DNA of 64,000 nt, taken from contig JAVVSR010000002.1 in NCBI GenBank assembly GCA_036654095.1, positions 65,375 through 129,374 of the forward strand, given 5' to 3'. Under the pieces are notes generated by a model. The model saw only the letters and a list, made by a program, of their open reading frames with translations. It was not told where the DNA came from and made no database searches. Below are positions 1-9,475 of the stretch, one piece after another. Source of the DNA: Clostridia bacterium. GTDB taxonomy: Bacteria > Bacillota > Clostridia > Christensenellales > CAG-917. Position numbers and translations under genes: made by a program. How positions within the stretch are numbered: position 1 is the first letter of the stretch; each line of letters opens with the position of its first letter.

Positions 1-583
1 CTTTTTTGTTGCCAGTTTCTTTATCTACCTTACATTTTATCCCCTTGCTATCAAAAAACCGACTGGCGCGCTTGTTTAATTTTTCCATTTGCCTATCCGC
101 TTTTTTCAAATCCTTATTGTAGATACTAAGCATAATTTCGTTATTGTCGCTTGCGCTATCAATATAGTTTTGCTCAACAGCTAGTTCCAAAATACGCTCT
201 ACGGCATCTTCTAGATTTAATCCATTTAGTGATTGACCCGCAAGTAATGTTTCGGCATCTGCGTTTTTAGCACTTGCGCTTTTAACCTTGCCCGTTCTAT
301 TAAGAGTTAGCTCAATGCTTGGATTGATGTCTATATATACAATACTATCATCGGCTCTGAAATAAAAATGTCCACCCGTTAATATACCAAAAAGAAAAAC
401 AAACGTGGCTAGTACGGCAGTGACAAATATTTTCGTCCTATTTGGATTATTATGACGCTTAAGCGCAATCACGTCAGATTCGATTGGTTGCGTTATATTA
501 CTTGCAATAACTTTGTCTAAAACATTCGGAACAAATTTATCGCTGGATTTTATTAACATTTTTTCTATTTCGCGTTTTTTCAT
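1..583 (-). CDS. anti-sigma factor, RsgI-like (3' end runs off the window)
   Basis: Absent from the ORF track because there is no stop in the window. Hand translation from ATG 583..581 gives MKKREIEKMLIKSSDKFVPNVLDK...IFVTAVLATFVFLFGILTG (single TM)...VYIDINPSIELTLNRTGKVKSASAKNADAETLLAGQSLNGLNLEDAVERILELAVEQNYID, open to position 1. The ATG overlaps the sigma stop (ATGA). Confidence 0.75.
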   Translation of the reverse strand, partial: MKKREIEKMLIKSSDKFVPNVLDKVIASNITQPIESDVIALKRHNNPNRTKIFVTAVLATFVFLFGILTGGHFYFRADDSIVYIDINPSIELTLNRTGKVKSASAKNADAETLLAGQSLNGLNLEDAVERILELAVEQNYIDSASDNNEIMLSIYNKDLKKADRQMEKLNKRASRFFDSKGIKCKVDKETGNKK

Positions 584-1104
584 TGTTCCTCCTTTATAGC
601 TTTTCTTAGTTTTTTTAAAGCATTGTTATATTGCCAACGCACGGTTGCCGAAGATTTATCCAATATTGCGGCTATTTCTACCAGTTTTATTTCGCCAATT
701 GTGTGCATTAACACGATACCACTTTCATTTTCATCTAGTGTTTTAAGTGTCAGCTGAATGATTCCGCTTTCATCATTAGCTTTTAATTCATAATCTCCAC
801 CTATATAGTCATGTTCGCTAAAGTCCACAAAGCATTCTTGCTTTCGTTTTTTATAAATGTTGAAGGCCAAATTACGTGAAATCGCATGTATCCAAGCTCT
901 TGCATTTGTTCCATCGTTGTATTGACTGGCGGCACTTTGGATTTTTAAATAAGTTTCTTGCATGACATCTTCAGCCGTGGCATAATCTCGTAAAATCGTG
1001 AACGCTATGGCAAAAACAGATTTTTTAGTCGATTCATAAATGGCAACTAAAGCGGAGTTTTCGCCCCGCTTTAATTGTTGCATTTGTTGGTTCAAATCTG
1101 CCAC
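580..1104 (-). CDS. ECF-type RNA polymerase sigma-70 family factor
   Basis: 174 aa. Region 2 (DVMQETYLKI...ARAWIHAISRNLAFNIYKKR) and region 4 HTH (EIAAILDKSSATVRWQYNNALKKLR). GTG start with AAGGAGG 4 nt upstream. Confidence 0.9.
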   Translation of the reverse strand: MADLNQQMQQLKRGENSALVAIYESTKKSVFAIAFTILRDYATAEDVMQETYLKIQSAASQYNDGTNARAWIHAISRNLAFNIYKKRKQECFVDFSEHDYIGGDYELKANDESGIIQLTLKTLDENESGIVLMHTIGEIKLVEIAAILDKSSATVRWQYNNALKKLRKAIKEEQ

Positions 1105-1151
1105 ATTGCCTCCTTTGCAAGCTTAATAATATTAAATCGTTCCTTTGCTTA

Positions 1152-2153
1152 TTAAGCTCCCTTTCTCCAATTTTGAATATCCTCTTTTACTTTCTTTTCG
1201 TTTTTCTTGAACCCCTCTCTATGTGATTCAATTTTATCCTTATTTTTCTCTATCTTTTCAATCTTGTCTGCTTTTTGTTGTTCCTTGAGCGCAGTGGTAT
1301 CAGCTTTTGCTTTTTCCATCAACACTTTTAGTTCCGCTTCATATAGCGGCTTAAGTTCTGCAATTCTAGCAATTTTAAGCGCCAAAGTGCTTTCCAAAAC
1401 TGCTTTTTCATCAGCAGCCCCCGTAAATGCGGCTATCTGTGCTTTTAATAAGGAAACTTCCTCATCTAAGGTAAAAAGTTCTGCGTATGTTACTTTTAGC
1501 GCCGCTTTGTCTATTTTTAATTGGGCTTTGATTGCGTGGCTTAAATCGCCCTTGCCGTGACTGGCCTTAATAAGTTTAACTAGTTCGTTTATAGGCATTG
1601 CTTTAAGCTGTTCTAATGTCATAGTTGGGTTCATATCAATAGCGCGTAATATCATTTTCATATGTCCCACTGATACGCCAAGCTGCGCCGCTTGAACGCC
1701 ATATTCCTCTAGCGTTGCCTTTGAAACCTTGCCAAAAATTCCATTGTTGTCAAAATAACGATTTAGACGAGTTTCCAAAGTGTTTTCCATTTTAGTTTTC
1801 TTATTTGAATCCTCATTAATAACAGTCAATTCAACTTCCGTTTCATTTGCGTCAACATCAATGTAACCTGCTTCTGCACTAAGGCTAACTACTTGTTCCG
1901 CTGCGGCTTCGATATCCATACCCTCGAAATTGGTTTCTGCGAGTAAAACTTCCGCGTCAGCATTGACTGGCTTAACCGATAAAACTTTGTTGTCGCCACT
2001 TACCGTAAATTCCACTTCAGGATTTATAGACAGTGAAACATAGGTCACAGCTTCTGCTCTGTTTGGCTTGCCATTCGCGCAAGCGGCAAATGTTCCTATC
2101 GCCATGCACAAAATAATTGCAGTTGCGCCGAGTCTTAACATATCTTTTTTCAT
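1152..2153 (-). CDS. lipoprotein with RsgI-like extracytoplasmic domain and C-terminal K/E-rich coiled coil
   Basis: Lipobox GTFAAC after a signal peptide. The segment SLSINPEVEFTVSGDNKVLSVKPVNADAEVLLAETNFEGMDIEAAAEQVVSLSAEAGYID is visibly homologous to the anti-sigma ectodomain at 1..583. AAGGAGG RBS. Confidence 0.7.
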   Translation of the reverse strand: MKKDMLRLGATAIILCMAIGTFAACANGKPNRAEAVTYVSLSINPEVEFTVSGDNKVLSVKPVNADAEVLLAETNFEGMDIEAAAEQVVSLSAEAGYIDVDANETEVELTVINEDSNKKTKMENTLETRLNRYFDNNGIFGKVSKATLEEYGVQAAQLGVSVGHMKMILRAIDMNPTMTLEQLKAMPINELVKLIKASHGKGDLSHAIKAQLKIDKAALKVTYAELFTLDEEVSLLKAQIAAFTGAADEKAVLESTLALKIARIAELKPLYEAELKVLMEKAKADTTALKEQQKADKIEKIEKNKDKIESHREGFKKNEKKVKEDIQNWRKGA

Positions 2154-2399
2154 TTTTAAAGTCCTCCTTGCGGAAGCATTTTCTGCTCCCTTTACCTATA
2201 TAACAAACAAGGACTATCTTTCGTTTGATTTTTGCAAAAAAATTTTATCGTTTATGAAATTGACAATTTGGTTAATATGTTATAGCATAAGCCAGCATTA
2301 AAATACAAGAAAACTAAATATTAAAACAAGCAAAACTCAAATAATTAACTACCTTTTAACGGTTCAAATATCCACAAAGTAAACTAATATTACAACCCA

Positions 2400-2774
2400 C
2401 TATCTTGTTCCGCTGTCAATATCGAGCTTTATTCTTTTTACTAAGGAATGTTTATCTGCAATTAGAGAGAACGATTTTATCAAACAGTCGTTAGTATCGA
2501 GTGAGGATAAAATGGAATCAATGATACTTTGTTCGCGCATCACCCAACAAAAAATAATATATTCATATTGGGAACACTTTAAAAATTGGTTTAACTGAAA
2601 ACAGATATTTTCCATAACCATAGTCTTAGTTTCCTCGTTAACAACGAAAGGTTGCATATCCCAACACCAATCTCCATCAAGAAAAACATTGCGAGGTAAT
2701 ATTTTTTGTAGTTCTCTACAAGTGGTTGTTTTCCCAACACCTATTGTACCACTTATCATAATTAATGTTTTCAT
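2400..2774 (-). CDS. small P-loop NTPase / nucleotide-kinase-like protein
   Basis: 124 aa with Walker A GTIGVGKTT near the N-terminus. Short for the family. No further identifiable domain. Confidence 0.55.
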   Translation of the reverse strand: MKTLIMISGTIGVGKTTTCRELQKILPRNVFLDGDWCWDMQPFVVNEETKTMVMENICFQLNQFLKCSQYEYIIFCWVMREQSIIDSILSSLDTNDCLIKSFSLIADKHSLVKRIKLDIDSGTR

Positions 2775-2815
2775 TTATTACACCACCAACATAAACAATC
2801 TTCACTACAAATTCA

Positions 2816-4321
2816 CTATTTCCTTGACATCAACACCATGCACTCGACGTGCTTAGTTTGAGGAAACATGTCGAACGGAATGACAACTTCCACGTCGTAA
2901 GATTTTGCAAGTATTGTTAAATCTCTCGCAAGAGTTGCAGGATTACACGATATATAAATTATTTTGCTGATTGCACTATTTGATTGTATAATTGCATTCA
3001 ATACCGCTTCGTCACATCCCTTACGCGGAGGGTCTAAAACCACCGCTATATTAGGAATTTTATGAACATAATTATTACTATTAGCAGATAAAAGAATGTC
3101 ATTTTGAATAGACAAATTATCTAATTTATTTTTGTTAAGATTATCGCATATAATATTATTTTTATTATTAATTTCGCCTTTATTGATACAATTATACATT
3201 TCAAGTATGTTTTTTGTCAATAGCGGTAATTGTGCAGCCGCATCGCCACATATATTTTTAACACTTTTTGTCAAGTTATTTAGTTGCATAAGTGAATTGG
3301 CATTTCGCGTTGCGTCCTCAACAATTTCAATGCCGTAGACGCAAGGATAATAACTTGATTTAATGTGATTTGCCAACATTGCGCTTAAGATACCTACCCC
3401 GGAATATACATCAAACACCACATCAATGCCTTCAAGCTTAAGTAGAGTTTCGGCATAAATTTTGTCACGAATTTCATCATTTACTTGTAAAAATGACAGT
3501 GGTGATAGCGGCAAATTAACACCTGCTATGTTAAGTGTTTTTTCTTGACCATAGATAAGCCGAATTGTGTCGCCAAAAATAACATTCGTATTACGTTTAT
3601 TTATACTAATGTAAAGATTGAAATCAAAAAGTTGTTTTAGCGCCGAAATAAGCGCTTCGGAATTTGGCAAGTTATCGCCATTTATAACCAATGTAATACA
3701 CAAAAAATTATCAACAAAACGAACCACAAGGTGGCGCAAAAGCCCCTTCCCTGTTATGTCTGAATAAGCTGACAGTTTCGACGTACCGTATTTCCCGTTA
3801 GCCCATTCAAGTAAAACTTTAATAATTTTTTTTGCCCAATTTCCATGAAGTAAGCAATCATTTATTTCAACTATTTCGTGTGAGGATTTTTTATAGAAAC
3901 CCGCTACAATTTTGCCGTCAATCTCGCCGATAGGAAGCTGTAATTTGTTGCGATAAAAAAACTTTTCCCCACAAACCACGGGCGCACATTCCACATTATT
4001 TAGCCCGACTTTATGCAAACAATTTTGTACTTGTTCACGCTTGAAGTCAGACTGCTCAACCGCATTTATATGTTGCAAGTCACAACCGCCACATATTCCA
4101 AAATACTCACATTTGGGGGTTACTCGCAATTCTGACGCGCGCATAACTTTGATAAGTTCGGCAAAGGCTAAGTTCTTTTTTATATGTACAATTTTAATTT
4201 TTGCCAAATCGCCAATAACAGCCATCGGAATAAAAACAACCATTCCGTTCACCTTTGCGACGCCTTCGCCATCCATACCCAAACTCACAACTTCTACAAT
4301 TAAATTATCACCTATATTCAT
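2816..4321 (-). CDS. rlmD: 23S rRNA (uracil-C5)-methyltransferase RlmD/RumA family
   Basis: N-terminal TRAM-like domain, Fe-S cysteines CEYFGICGGCDLQH, SAM-MTase core, and the C-terminal motifs VLDPPRKGC and YISCNPATLARD. Confidence 0.9.
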   Translation of the reverse strand: MNIGDNLIVEVVSLGMDGEGVAKVNGMVVFIPMAVIGDLAKIKIVHIKKNLAFAELIKVMRASELRVTPKCEYFGICGGCDLQHINAVEQSDFKREQVQNCLHKVGLNNVECAPVVCGEKFFYRNKLQLPIGEIDGKIVAGFYKKSSHEIVEINDCLLHGNWAKKIIKVLLEWANGKYGTSKLSAYSDITGKGLLRHLVVRFVDNFLCITLVINGDNLPNSEALISALKQLFDFNLYISINKRNTNVIFGDTIRLIYGQEKTLNIAGVNLPLSPLSFLQVNDEIRDKIYAETLLKLEGIDVVFDVYSGVGILSAMLANHIKSSYYPCVYGIEIVEDATRNANSLMQLNNLTKSVKNICGDAAAQLPLLTKNILEMYNCINKGEINNKNNIICDNLNKNKLDNLSIQNDILLSANSNNYVHKIPNIAVVLDPPRKGCDEAVLNAIIQSNSAISKIIYISCNPATLARDLTILAKSYDVEVVIPFDMFPQTKHVECMVLMSRK

Positions 4322-4514
4322 AAGGATATTGTAGCAAAACGATAGACATTATGCAACTACATTTAATAATTAGGCATTTAATTATTAAATTAAACAATAT
4401 AAATCTTAAAAACAATCTATTTGCTGTTTGCATATTTAACCAATAACTGCAATTACAAAAAAATTTAGACGTTACTTAAATATTGCCCTTCAAAATCGAA
4501 TTTATAGTATATAA

Positions 4515-4556
4515 CAAAAAAACACAAGCTCCCTTTTATGAGTTTGTGTTTTTTTA
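4515..4556. terminator. bidirectional rho-independent terminator downstream of tRNA-Leu
   Basis: ACACAAGCT / AGTTTGTGT stem (one G-T pair) flanked by an A-run and a T-run. Confidence 0.6.
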
Positions 4557-4558
4557 AT

Positions 4559-4645
4559 TGGTGCGGACAACAGGACTTGAACCTGCACAAAGTTGCCCTC
4601 ATAAGAACCTGAATCTTACGCGTCTGCCAATTCCGCCATGTCCGC
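4559..4645 (-). tRNA. tRNA-Leu(CAG)
   Basis: 87 nt, folded by hand. Acceptor GCGGACA/TGTCCGC plus ACCA, anticodon arm TAAGA-TTCAGGT-TCTTA, long variable arm, T-loop GGTTCAAGTCC. Confidence 0.9.
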
Positions 4646-4752
4646 AAATGTAGTGTGATAATACAATTTTATGCAAAAAAAGTCAAGTAATTATTTATAA
4701 TTAAGAATTTTTAACTACATTTAAAAATTTTTTATATCGCAATCCATTAGAA

Positions 4753-6369
4753 TTAGCCCTTACTTCCGCCAATATACTTTTGTGCATTTGCCCACATTTC
4801 AATTTGTCGAGGGTTTTCCAAAACCATAATTGCCGAAACTCCTGAATTATTAAGGCGTTTAAAATATTTTACTAACTTTTCCATCGCCGAAAGGTCAAAA
4901 GTTTTAAGCAATGACAGGTCAAAGATAATGGTATCATAGTTTTCAATTCGAGTATCGATATGTGATATAAGTTTATCGGCTGATTTAAATGTTAAATGAG
5001 GTGTAACTAAAAATGCTTGCGCATTATTTAAGTTTGCATTTAGGTGCGTATATTTTTCAAGAGTTTCCGCTTGCGAAATATTTGTTTTTGCGCAAAGCTC
5101 AATAATTTGTAGTATGCAAGCAACTAAAAAACCGCCACCAACACCAAACACTAAATCTTCAGTTACGGTAAGCACAAAAGTAGTTAGCAAAATAGCGGTA
5201 TCGCGCCAATTAAATAGTATCATTTTGAAACACAATTTAAAGTTAGCCATTCCAAGCGCAACCATAATTAGCACAGCGGAAAGCGAGGCCATTGGAATAA
5301 ATTTCATAATTGGCATAAGCACAAGAAACATAATAAGCAATATCACTGCGTGAAACATACCAGCTACGGGGGAGCGTCCGCCATTTTTCACATTAGCGGC
5401 TGTCCTCGCGATTGCGCCAGTCGCGGGCAATCCGCCAAAGCAAGCAGATGCGATGTTAGTAAGCCCCTGCGCAAATAGTTCCGTGTTCGAGTCGTGGCGG
5501 CCATTAATCATACTGTCGGCAACGGTTGCCGAAAGCAGGCTTTCGATTGCGCCCAAAAACGCAATAACCATACTTGGCACAATTAATTTCACTATATTTA
5601 ACGAGCCAAGATTTGCCCACTGTGGAAAGTAAAATTGCGCTTTAATTTCACCAAAACTTGAGCCGATTGTGTCGACCGAATGTGGATAAAATTTGTTTAC
5701 TAAAAGCGTTAGTAGCGTTGCGATAATTATCGCGACAAATGCAGAAGGAAATTTCGCATTTATTTTAGGCAAGCAAATTATAATTGCAATCGTAACACAG
5801 CCAATGGCGGTAGTTGCAAATGAAATACTTTTTATATTTTGAAATAAAATAGAGATTTGCGAAATAAAATGTCCGCCAGTTAAGCAATCAATTCCAAAAA
5901 AACCTTTTATTTGCCCGACCATTAGCGTAACCCCTATACCAGCTGTAAATCCTAAAATGATTGGATATGGAATATACCTCACTAACTTGCCCGCGCGAAA
6001 TAATCCTAAAAACAATAGTATAATTCCAGCCATAACTGTTGCAAATTGCAAGCCAATCAAGCCTATTTCGGGATTGTTGACATAGCCCAAAACGATGACA
6101 ACAAATGCCGCCGTTGGCCCGCCAATTTGAACTTTACTTCCACCGAATAAACTAATGATAAAACCCGCGACGATTGCGGTAATAATCCCCTGTTGCAAGG
6201 TAACCCCAGATTGTATACCTAGCGCGATTGACAATGGTAGCGCTATGATAGCTACCAACAAACCACTCATTAAATCGGCAGTTAGTTTTTTAAAACTGTA
6301 ACCTTTTAACGAGTCGAACAAAGCAGGCTTAATAAACATAAATTTCTGACTTAAATCCTTTAGTTGCAC
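4753..6369 (-). CDS. SulP family inorganic anion (sulfate) permease with C-terminal STAS domain
   Basis: 538 aa, polytopic, with typical SulP N-terminal and core segments and a soluble STAS-like tail. Start is uncertain (GTG at 6369 or ATG 30 nt downstream; no clear RBS). Confidence 0.85.
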   Translation of the reverse strand: MQLKDLSQKFMFIKPALFDSLKGYSFKKLTADLMSGLLVAIIALPLSIALGIQSGVTLQQGIITAIVAGFIISLFGGSKVQIGGPTAAFVVIVLGYVNNPEIGLIGLQFATVMAGIILLFLGLFRAGKLVRYIPYPIILGFTAGIGVTLMVGQIKGFFGIDCLTGGHFISQISILFQNIKSISFATTAIGCVTIAIIICLPKINAKFPSAFVAIIIATLLTLLVNKFYPHSVDTIGSSFGEIKAQFYFPQWANLGSLNIVKLIVPSMVIAFLGAIESLLSATVADSMINGRHDSNTELFAQGLTNIASACFGGLPATGAIARTAANVKNGGRSPVAGMFHAVILLIMFLVLMPIMKFIPMASLSAVLIMVALGMANFKLCFKMILFNWRDTAILLTTFVLTVTEDLVFGVGGGFLVACILQIIELCAKTNISQAETLEKYTHLNANLNNAQAFLVTPHLTFKSADKLISHIDTRIENYDTIIFDLSLLKTFDLSAMEKLVKYFKRLNNSGVSAIMVLENPRQIEMWANAQKYIGGSKG

Positions 6370-6714
6370 ACTACAATACTACGTATTAACGTAGGCATAG
6401 TTTAAGCTTGCAAAAAAAATATGTCAAGCATAACTAGCGCAAAATATATTATATATTAGGCCGTTTTTGCTTGACATTTTAAACATCATATTTAAGTCGA
6501 TTTTAGGCAATTTATGACACCAAAACTAGCTGTTTTTGTTAATTTTGCTTTAATTGATATCAACTTTTATGCCTAGACAAATAAAAAGTAATTAATCGCA
6601 ATATTTCAATAGACATATTTAATAATGTAACAAATTTAAATTACAATGTTTTATAAAATCCATTATGATATCGCTTAACATTAATTAAACAAATATATTC
6701 ACTTTCCACACAAA

Positions 6715-7086
6715 TTACAGTTCGGTTTTCCAAAGTCCGTGCAGGTTGCAATAAGCGTATACCGCTATTGGTTCTTCGCCATCCAAGGTAAAAGTCGCCG
6801 AAGGTTTGCCGTTACATTTTTTCCGCATACCGCCTTCAGAAGTTTCGAGATAAATCCAATCAATATAATGTTCTTCAGTCATTGGGTGAACAACACTACC
6901 AACCGTTACGCTAACTTTTTGGCCTTCAATAAGCACCATCGGAATATGCTTTTCGTGGCTTGCTTCAACAGTATTTGCTTCAAGAGATTTCATTTTCGCG
7001 CCACAACAAATTATTGGCACACCTGAATTATTTATCATACCTACCAGATTTTTACAATGCTCACACAAATAAAATTTACTTGACAT
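6715..7086 (-). CDS. dfx: desulfoferrodoxin (class I superoxide reductase)
   Basis: 123 aa. Desulforedoxin-type N-terminus CEHCKN...ICCG plus centre II ligands (EKHIP, HPMTEEHYIDWI, CNLHGLW). AAGGAGG RBS. Confidence 0.92.
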   Translation of the reverse strand: MSSKFYLCEHCKNLVGMINNSGVPIICCGAKMKSLEANTVEASHEKHIPMVLIEGQKVSVTVGSVVHPMTEEHYIDWIYLETSEGGMRKKCNGKPSATFTLDGEEPIAVYAYCNLHGLWKTEL

Positions 7087-7108
7087 AGTAATACCTCCTT
7101 AAAATCAA

Positions 7109-7184
7109 TTTTTGTTTTTGTTTTTGTTTTTGTTTTTGTTTTCGTTTTTGTTTTCGTTTTTGTTTTTGTTTTTGTTTTTGTTTT
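7109..7184. repeat. hexanucleotide microsatellite: 10 x TTTTTG + 2 x TTTTCG (12 units plus a partial)
   Basis: Counted directly: units tile 7109..7180 without gaps. On the minus strand it reads (CAAAAA)n and ends 8 nt before the dfx Shine-Dalgarno. Confidence 0.95.
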
Positions 7185-7210
7185 AACGTTATATCATACA
7201 CCACAAAAAA

Positions 7211-7864
7211 TTATCTTGCATTTTGCCAACTTTCATCATAAGGATTTTTTTGAAATGCTTTAACTAATTTATATTCAGCTTCAGTAATATAACTTTCTTC
7301 AAGCGCAACATCGGTCAACACATCAAAATTTGTAATCGACACATTTTTAATATTTTCTTCCAACAGCCTTGCAATGCCTTTTTGCATACCATAAGTAAAT
7401 ATTGAAACAATACCCAAAACATCTGCGCCAACATCGCGTAACGCATTTACAACTTCAATAGCCGAGCCTGCGGTAGAAATCAAATCCTCTACAACGACGA
7501 CTTTTTTTCCAGTTGGAATAATCCCCTCAATTTGATTGTTGCGACCGTGCGTTTTGCTGTCGCCACGGACATATCCCATAGGTATATCCAAAATTTCGCT
7601 GACAATAGCCGCGTGCGGAATACCCGCTGTTGATGTGCCAAAAACAGCTTCACATTCAGGATAAAACGCCTCAATATTTTCAGCGATACCATTTTCAATA
7701 ATTTCGCGTACACGCGGATACGACAACGTCAAACGATTGTCGCAATATATTGGTGATTTAATGCCACTTGCCCACACAAAGGGCTCATTTGGCCTTAGGA
7801 AAACCGCTTTAATTGACAAAAGCGCTTTAGCCACCTGTTTTTCTAACTCTTTAAAATGTTCCAT
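7211..7864 (-). CDS. pyrE: orotate phosphoribosyltransferase
   Basis: 217 aa with PRPP-binding loop VVVVEDLISTAGS. Last gene of the pyr operon. Confidence 0.93.
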   Translation of the reverse strand: MEHFKELEKQVAKALLSIKAVFLRPNEPFVWASGIKSPIYCDNRLTLSYPRVREIIENGIAENIEAFYPECEAVFGTSTAGIPHAAIVSEILDIPMGYVRGDSKTHGRNNQIEGIIPTGKKVVVVEDLISTAGSAIEVVNALRDVGADVLGIVSIFTYGMQKGIARLLEENIKNVSITNFDVLTDVALEESYITEAEYKLVKAFQKNPYDESWQNAR

Positions 7865-7872
7865 AACTCCTC

Positions 7873-8571
7873 CTAGTTTGCTGAAAATTCATTTTTACAA
7901 CGCAAATATGCTTCTAACGGATTATCTGCGCCAGTAATGCTTCTGCCTACTACAATATAATCACTGCCAAGTTCCCTTGCAAGCGCAGGTGTTGAAATAC
8001 GTTTTTGGTCGTCGGCGCAATCACCTGAAAGACGAATCCCGGGAGTAACGCTAATAAGCCCTAACTTTTTAATTATCGGGGCTTCTAGCGGGCTGCAAAC
8101 AACACCGTCAAGCCCTGCTATTTTAGCATTTTCAGCATAACCTTTAACTGTTTCGTCAAGCGACTTTGAAATAAACAATTCACTATGCAAAACGCTTTCG
8201 CTTGTTGATGTTAGCTGAGTTACCGCGATAAGCAAAGTGCCTGTTCCATTCGCTCCCTCACTAAGCCCTTGACGCGCCTTTTTCATCATTTCTATTCCAC
8301 CAGAGGCGTGTACATTTGTCATATCGACGCCAAGCGACGCAATATTTTTCATAGCCTTATATACGGTGTTTGGAATGTCGTGAAGTTTTAAATCCAAAAA
8401 GATTTTAAAACCATTTTGCTTTAACTCCTTAACCATATCTGCGCCCTCTTTATAAAAAAGTTCCATGCCGACTTTAAGATAAGGTTTTTCATTTTTAAAG
8501 TTTTTCAAAAATAAATTCAGGTCGTTTTTGCTTGAAAAATCACACGCAATAATAACTTCTTTACTCATCAT
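7873..8571 (-). CDS. pyrF: orotidine-5'-phosphate decarboxylase
   Basis: Motifs IIACDF, FLDLKLHDIPNT and IVVGRSI. The ORF extends to 8583 (TTG), but ATG 8571 follows the GGGAGGG RBS. Confidence 0.92.
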   Translation of the reverse strand: MMSKEVIIACDFSSKNDLNLFLKNFKNEKPYLKVGMELFYKEGADMVKELKQNGFKIFLDLKLHDIPNTVYKAMKNIASLGVDMTNVHASGGIEMMKKARQGLSEGANGTGTLLIAVTQLTSTSESVLHSELFISKSLDETVKGYAENAKIAGLDGVVCSPLEAPIIKKLGLISVTPGIRLSGDCADDQKRISTPALARELGSDYIVVGRSITGADNPLEAYLRCKNEFSAN

Positions 8572-9475
8572 GCGCCCTCCCAATTATATCGGATAATTTT
8601 TTAATATTAAACTGTTCCATAAGTTTTGGCAGTTGCAAAATAATTTTTTGACACGCCCACGGGTCAATCAAATTTTGACTGCCCACCATAACGGCGGTTG
8701 CGCCTGCGTACATCATTTCAATAACATCGTACGCGCTTTCAATTCCACCTATTCCGATAATAGGCAGTTTGACCGCGTCATAAACTTGATACACCATTCT
8801 AACAGCAACAGGAAACACACCTTTTCCGCTATAACCTCCCGTTTTGACACTTAAAATTGGTTTAGCTGTTTTCAAGTTAATGCGCATACCAACTAAAGTA
8901 TTAATTAAACTAATTGCATCAGCTCCGCCATTTTCAACAGCCTTCGCCATACTTGCAATATCGGTTACATTTGGACTTAATTTAACAATAATTGGCTTTG
9001 TAGATACTTTTTTAACAGCTTTAACTAGCTTTTCCGCAATATTAGCGTCAACGCCAAAAGCCATACCTCCGCCTTTTACATTTGGGCAACTTATATTTAA
9101 TTCGACAGCAAAAACCTTGTCAACTGTGTTAAATTTTGCGACGGTCGCTACATAATCATCAAAACTATGACCCCCAACGTTAGCTATGACGGGTTTCCCG
9201 TATACCGCTGAAAGCTTTACTATTTCATCTGAAATTACTTTGTCAACCCCGGGATTTTGCAACCCGATTGCATTTAATAAGCCTGACGGACATTCTGCAA
9301 TTCTAGGCAATGGATTTCCATATCTAGCGCTTAGCGTTGTGCCTTTAAGTGAAATTGAACCTAAACAATTTATGTCATAATATTCACTAAACTCATACCC
9401 GAAACCAAACGTCCCCGACGCAGGTATAATTGGATTACTTAATAAATTATTAAACAGTTGAACTCTTGTATCCAT
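8561..9475 (-). CDS. pyrD: dihydroorotate dehydrogenase B, catalytic subunit
   Basis: 304 aa class 1B DHODH (NISCPN, GGISS-like IGIGGIES). Paired with pyrK. Confidence 0.93.
   Translation of the reverse strand: MDTRVQLFNNLLSNPIIPASGTFGFGYEFSEYYDINCLGSISLKGTTLSARYGNPLPRIAECPSGLLNAIGLQNPGVDKVISDEIVKLSAVYGKPVIANVGGHSFDDYVATVAKFNTVDKVFAVELNISCPNVKGGGMAFGVDANIAEKLVKAVKKVSTKPIIVKLSPNVTDIASMAKAVENGGADAISLINTLVGMRINLKTAKPILSVKTGGYSGKGVFPVAVRMVYQVYDAVKLPIIGIGGIESAYDVIEMMYAGATAVMVGSQNLIDPWACQKIILQLPKLMEQFNIKKLSDIIGRAHDE

Noticed and set aside
1207-1560. Long antisense ORFs from the track (e.g. 1207..1560+, 13939..14388+, 47921..48496+, 54697..55173+, 54128..54577-, 59007..59441+, 37112..37507+).
   Set aside because: Each lies opposite to or out of frame with a CDS that has clear family motifs. 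Their translations are low-complexity (S/L/F/I-rich) with no RBS. They are shadow ORFs typical of AT-rich or coiled-coil-coding DNA.
2400-2774. The small P-loop protein as a truncated pseudogene.
   Set aside because: It looks short for a kinase-like NTPase. However, translating past the stop gives no family-like continuation (WVVILVYFVDI then a stop), so there is no evidence of a recent frameshift. It is left as a short CDS with low confidence.
4465-4647. ORFs overlapping the tRNA genes (4465..4647-, 45513..45737-, 51834..52043-).
   Set aside because: These stretches fold into canonical tRNA cloverleaves (Leu-CAG, Val-GAC, Pro-GGG). The ORFs are artefacts.
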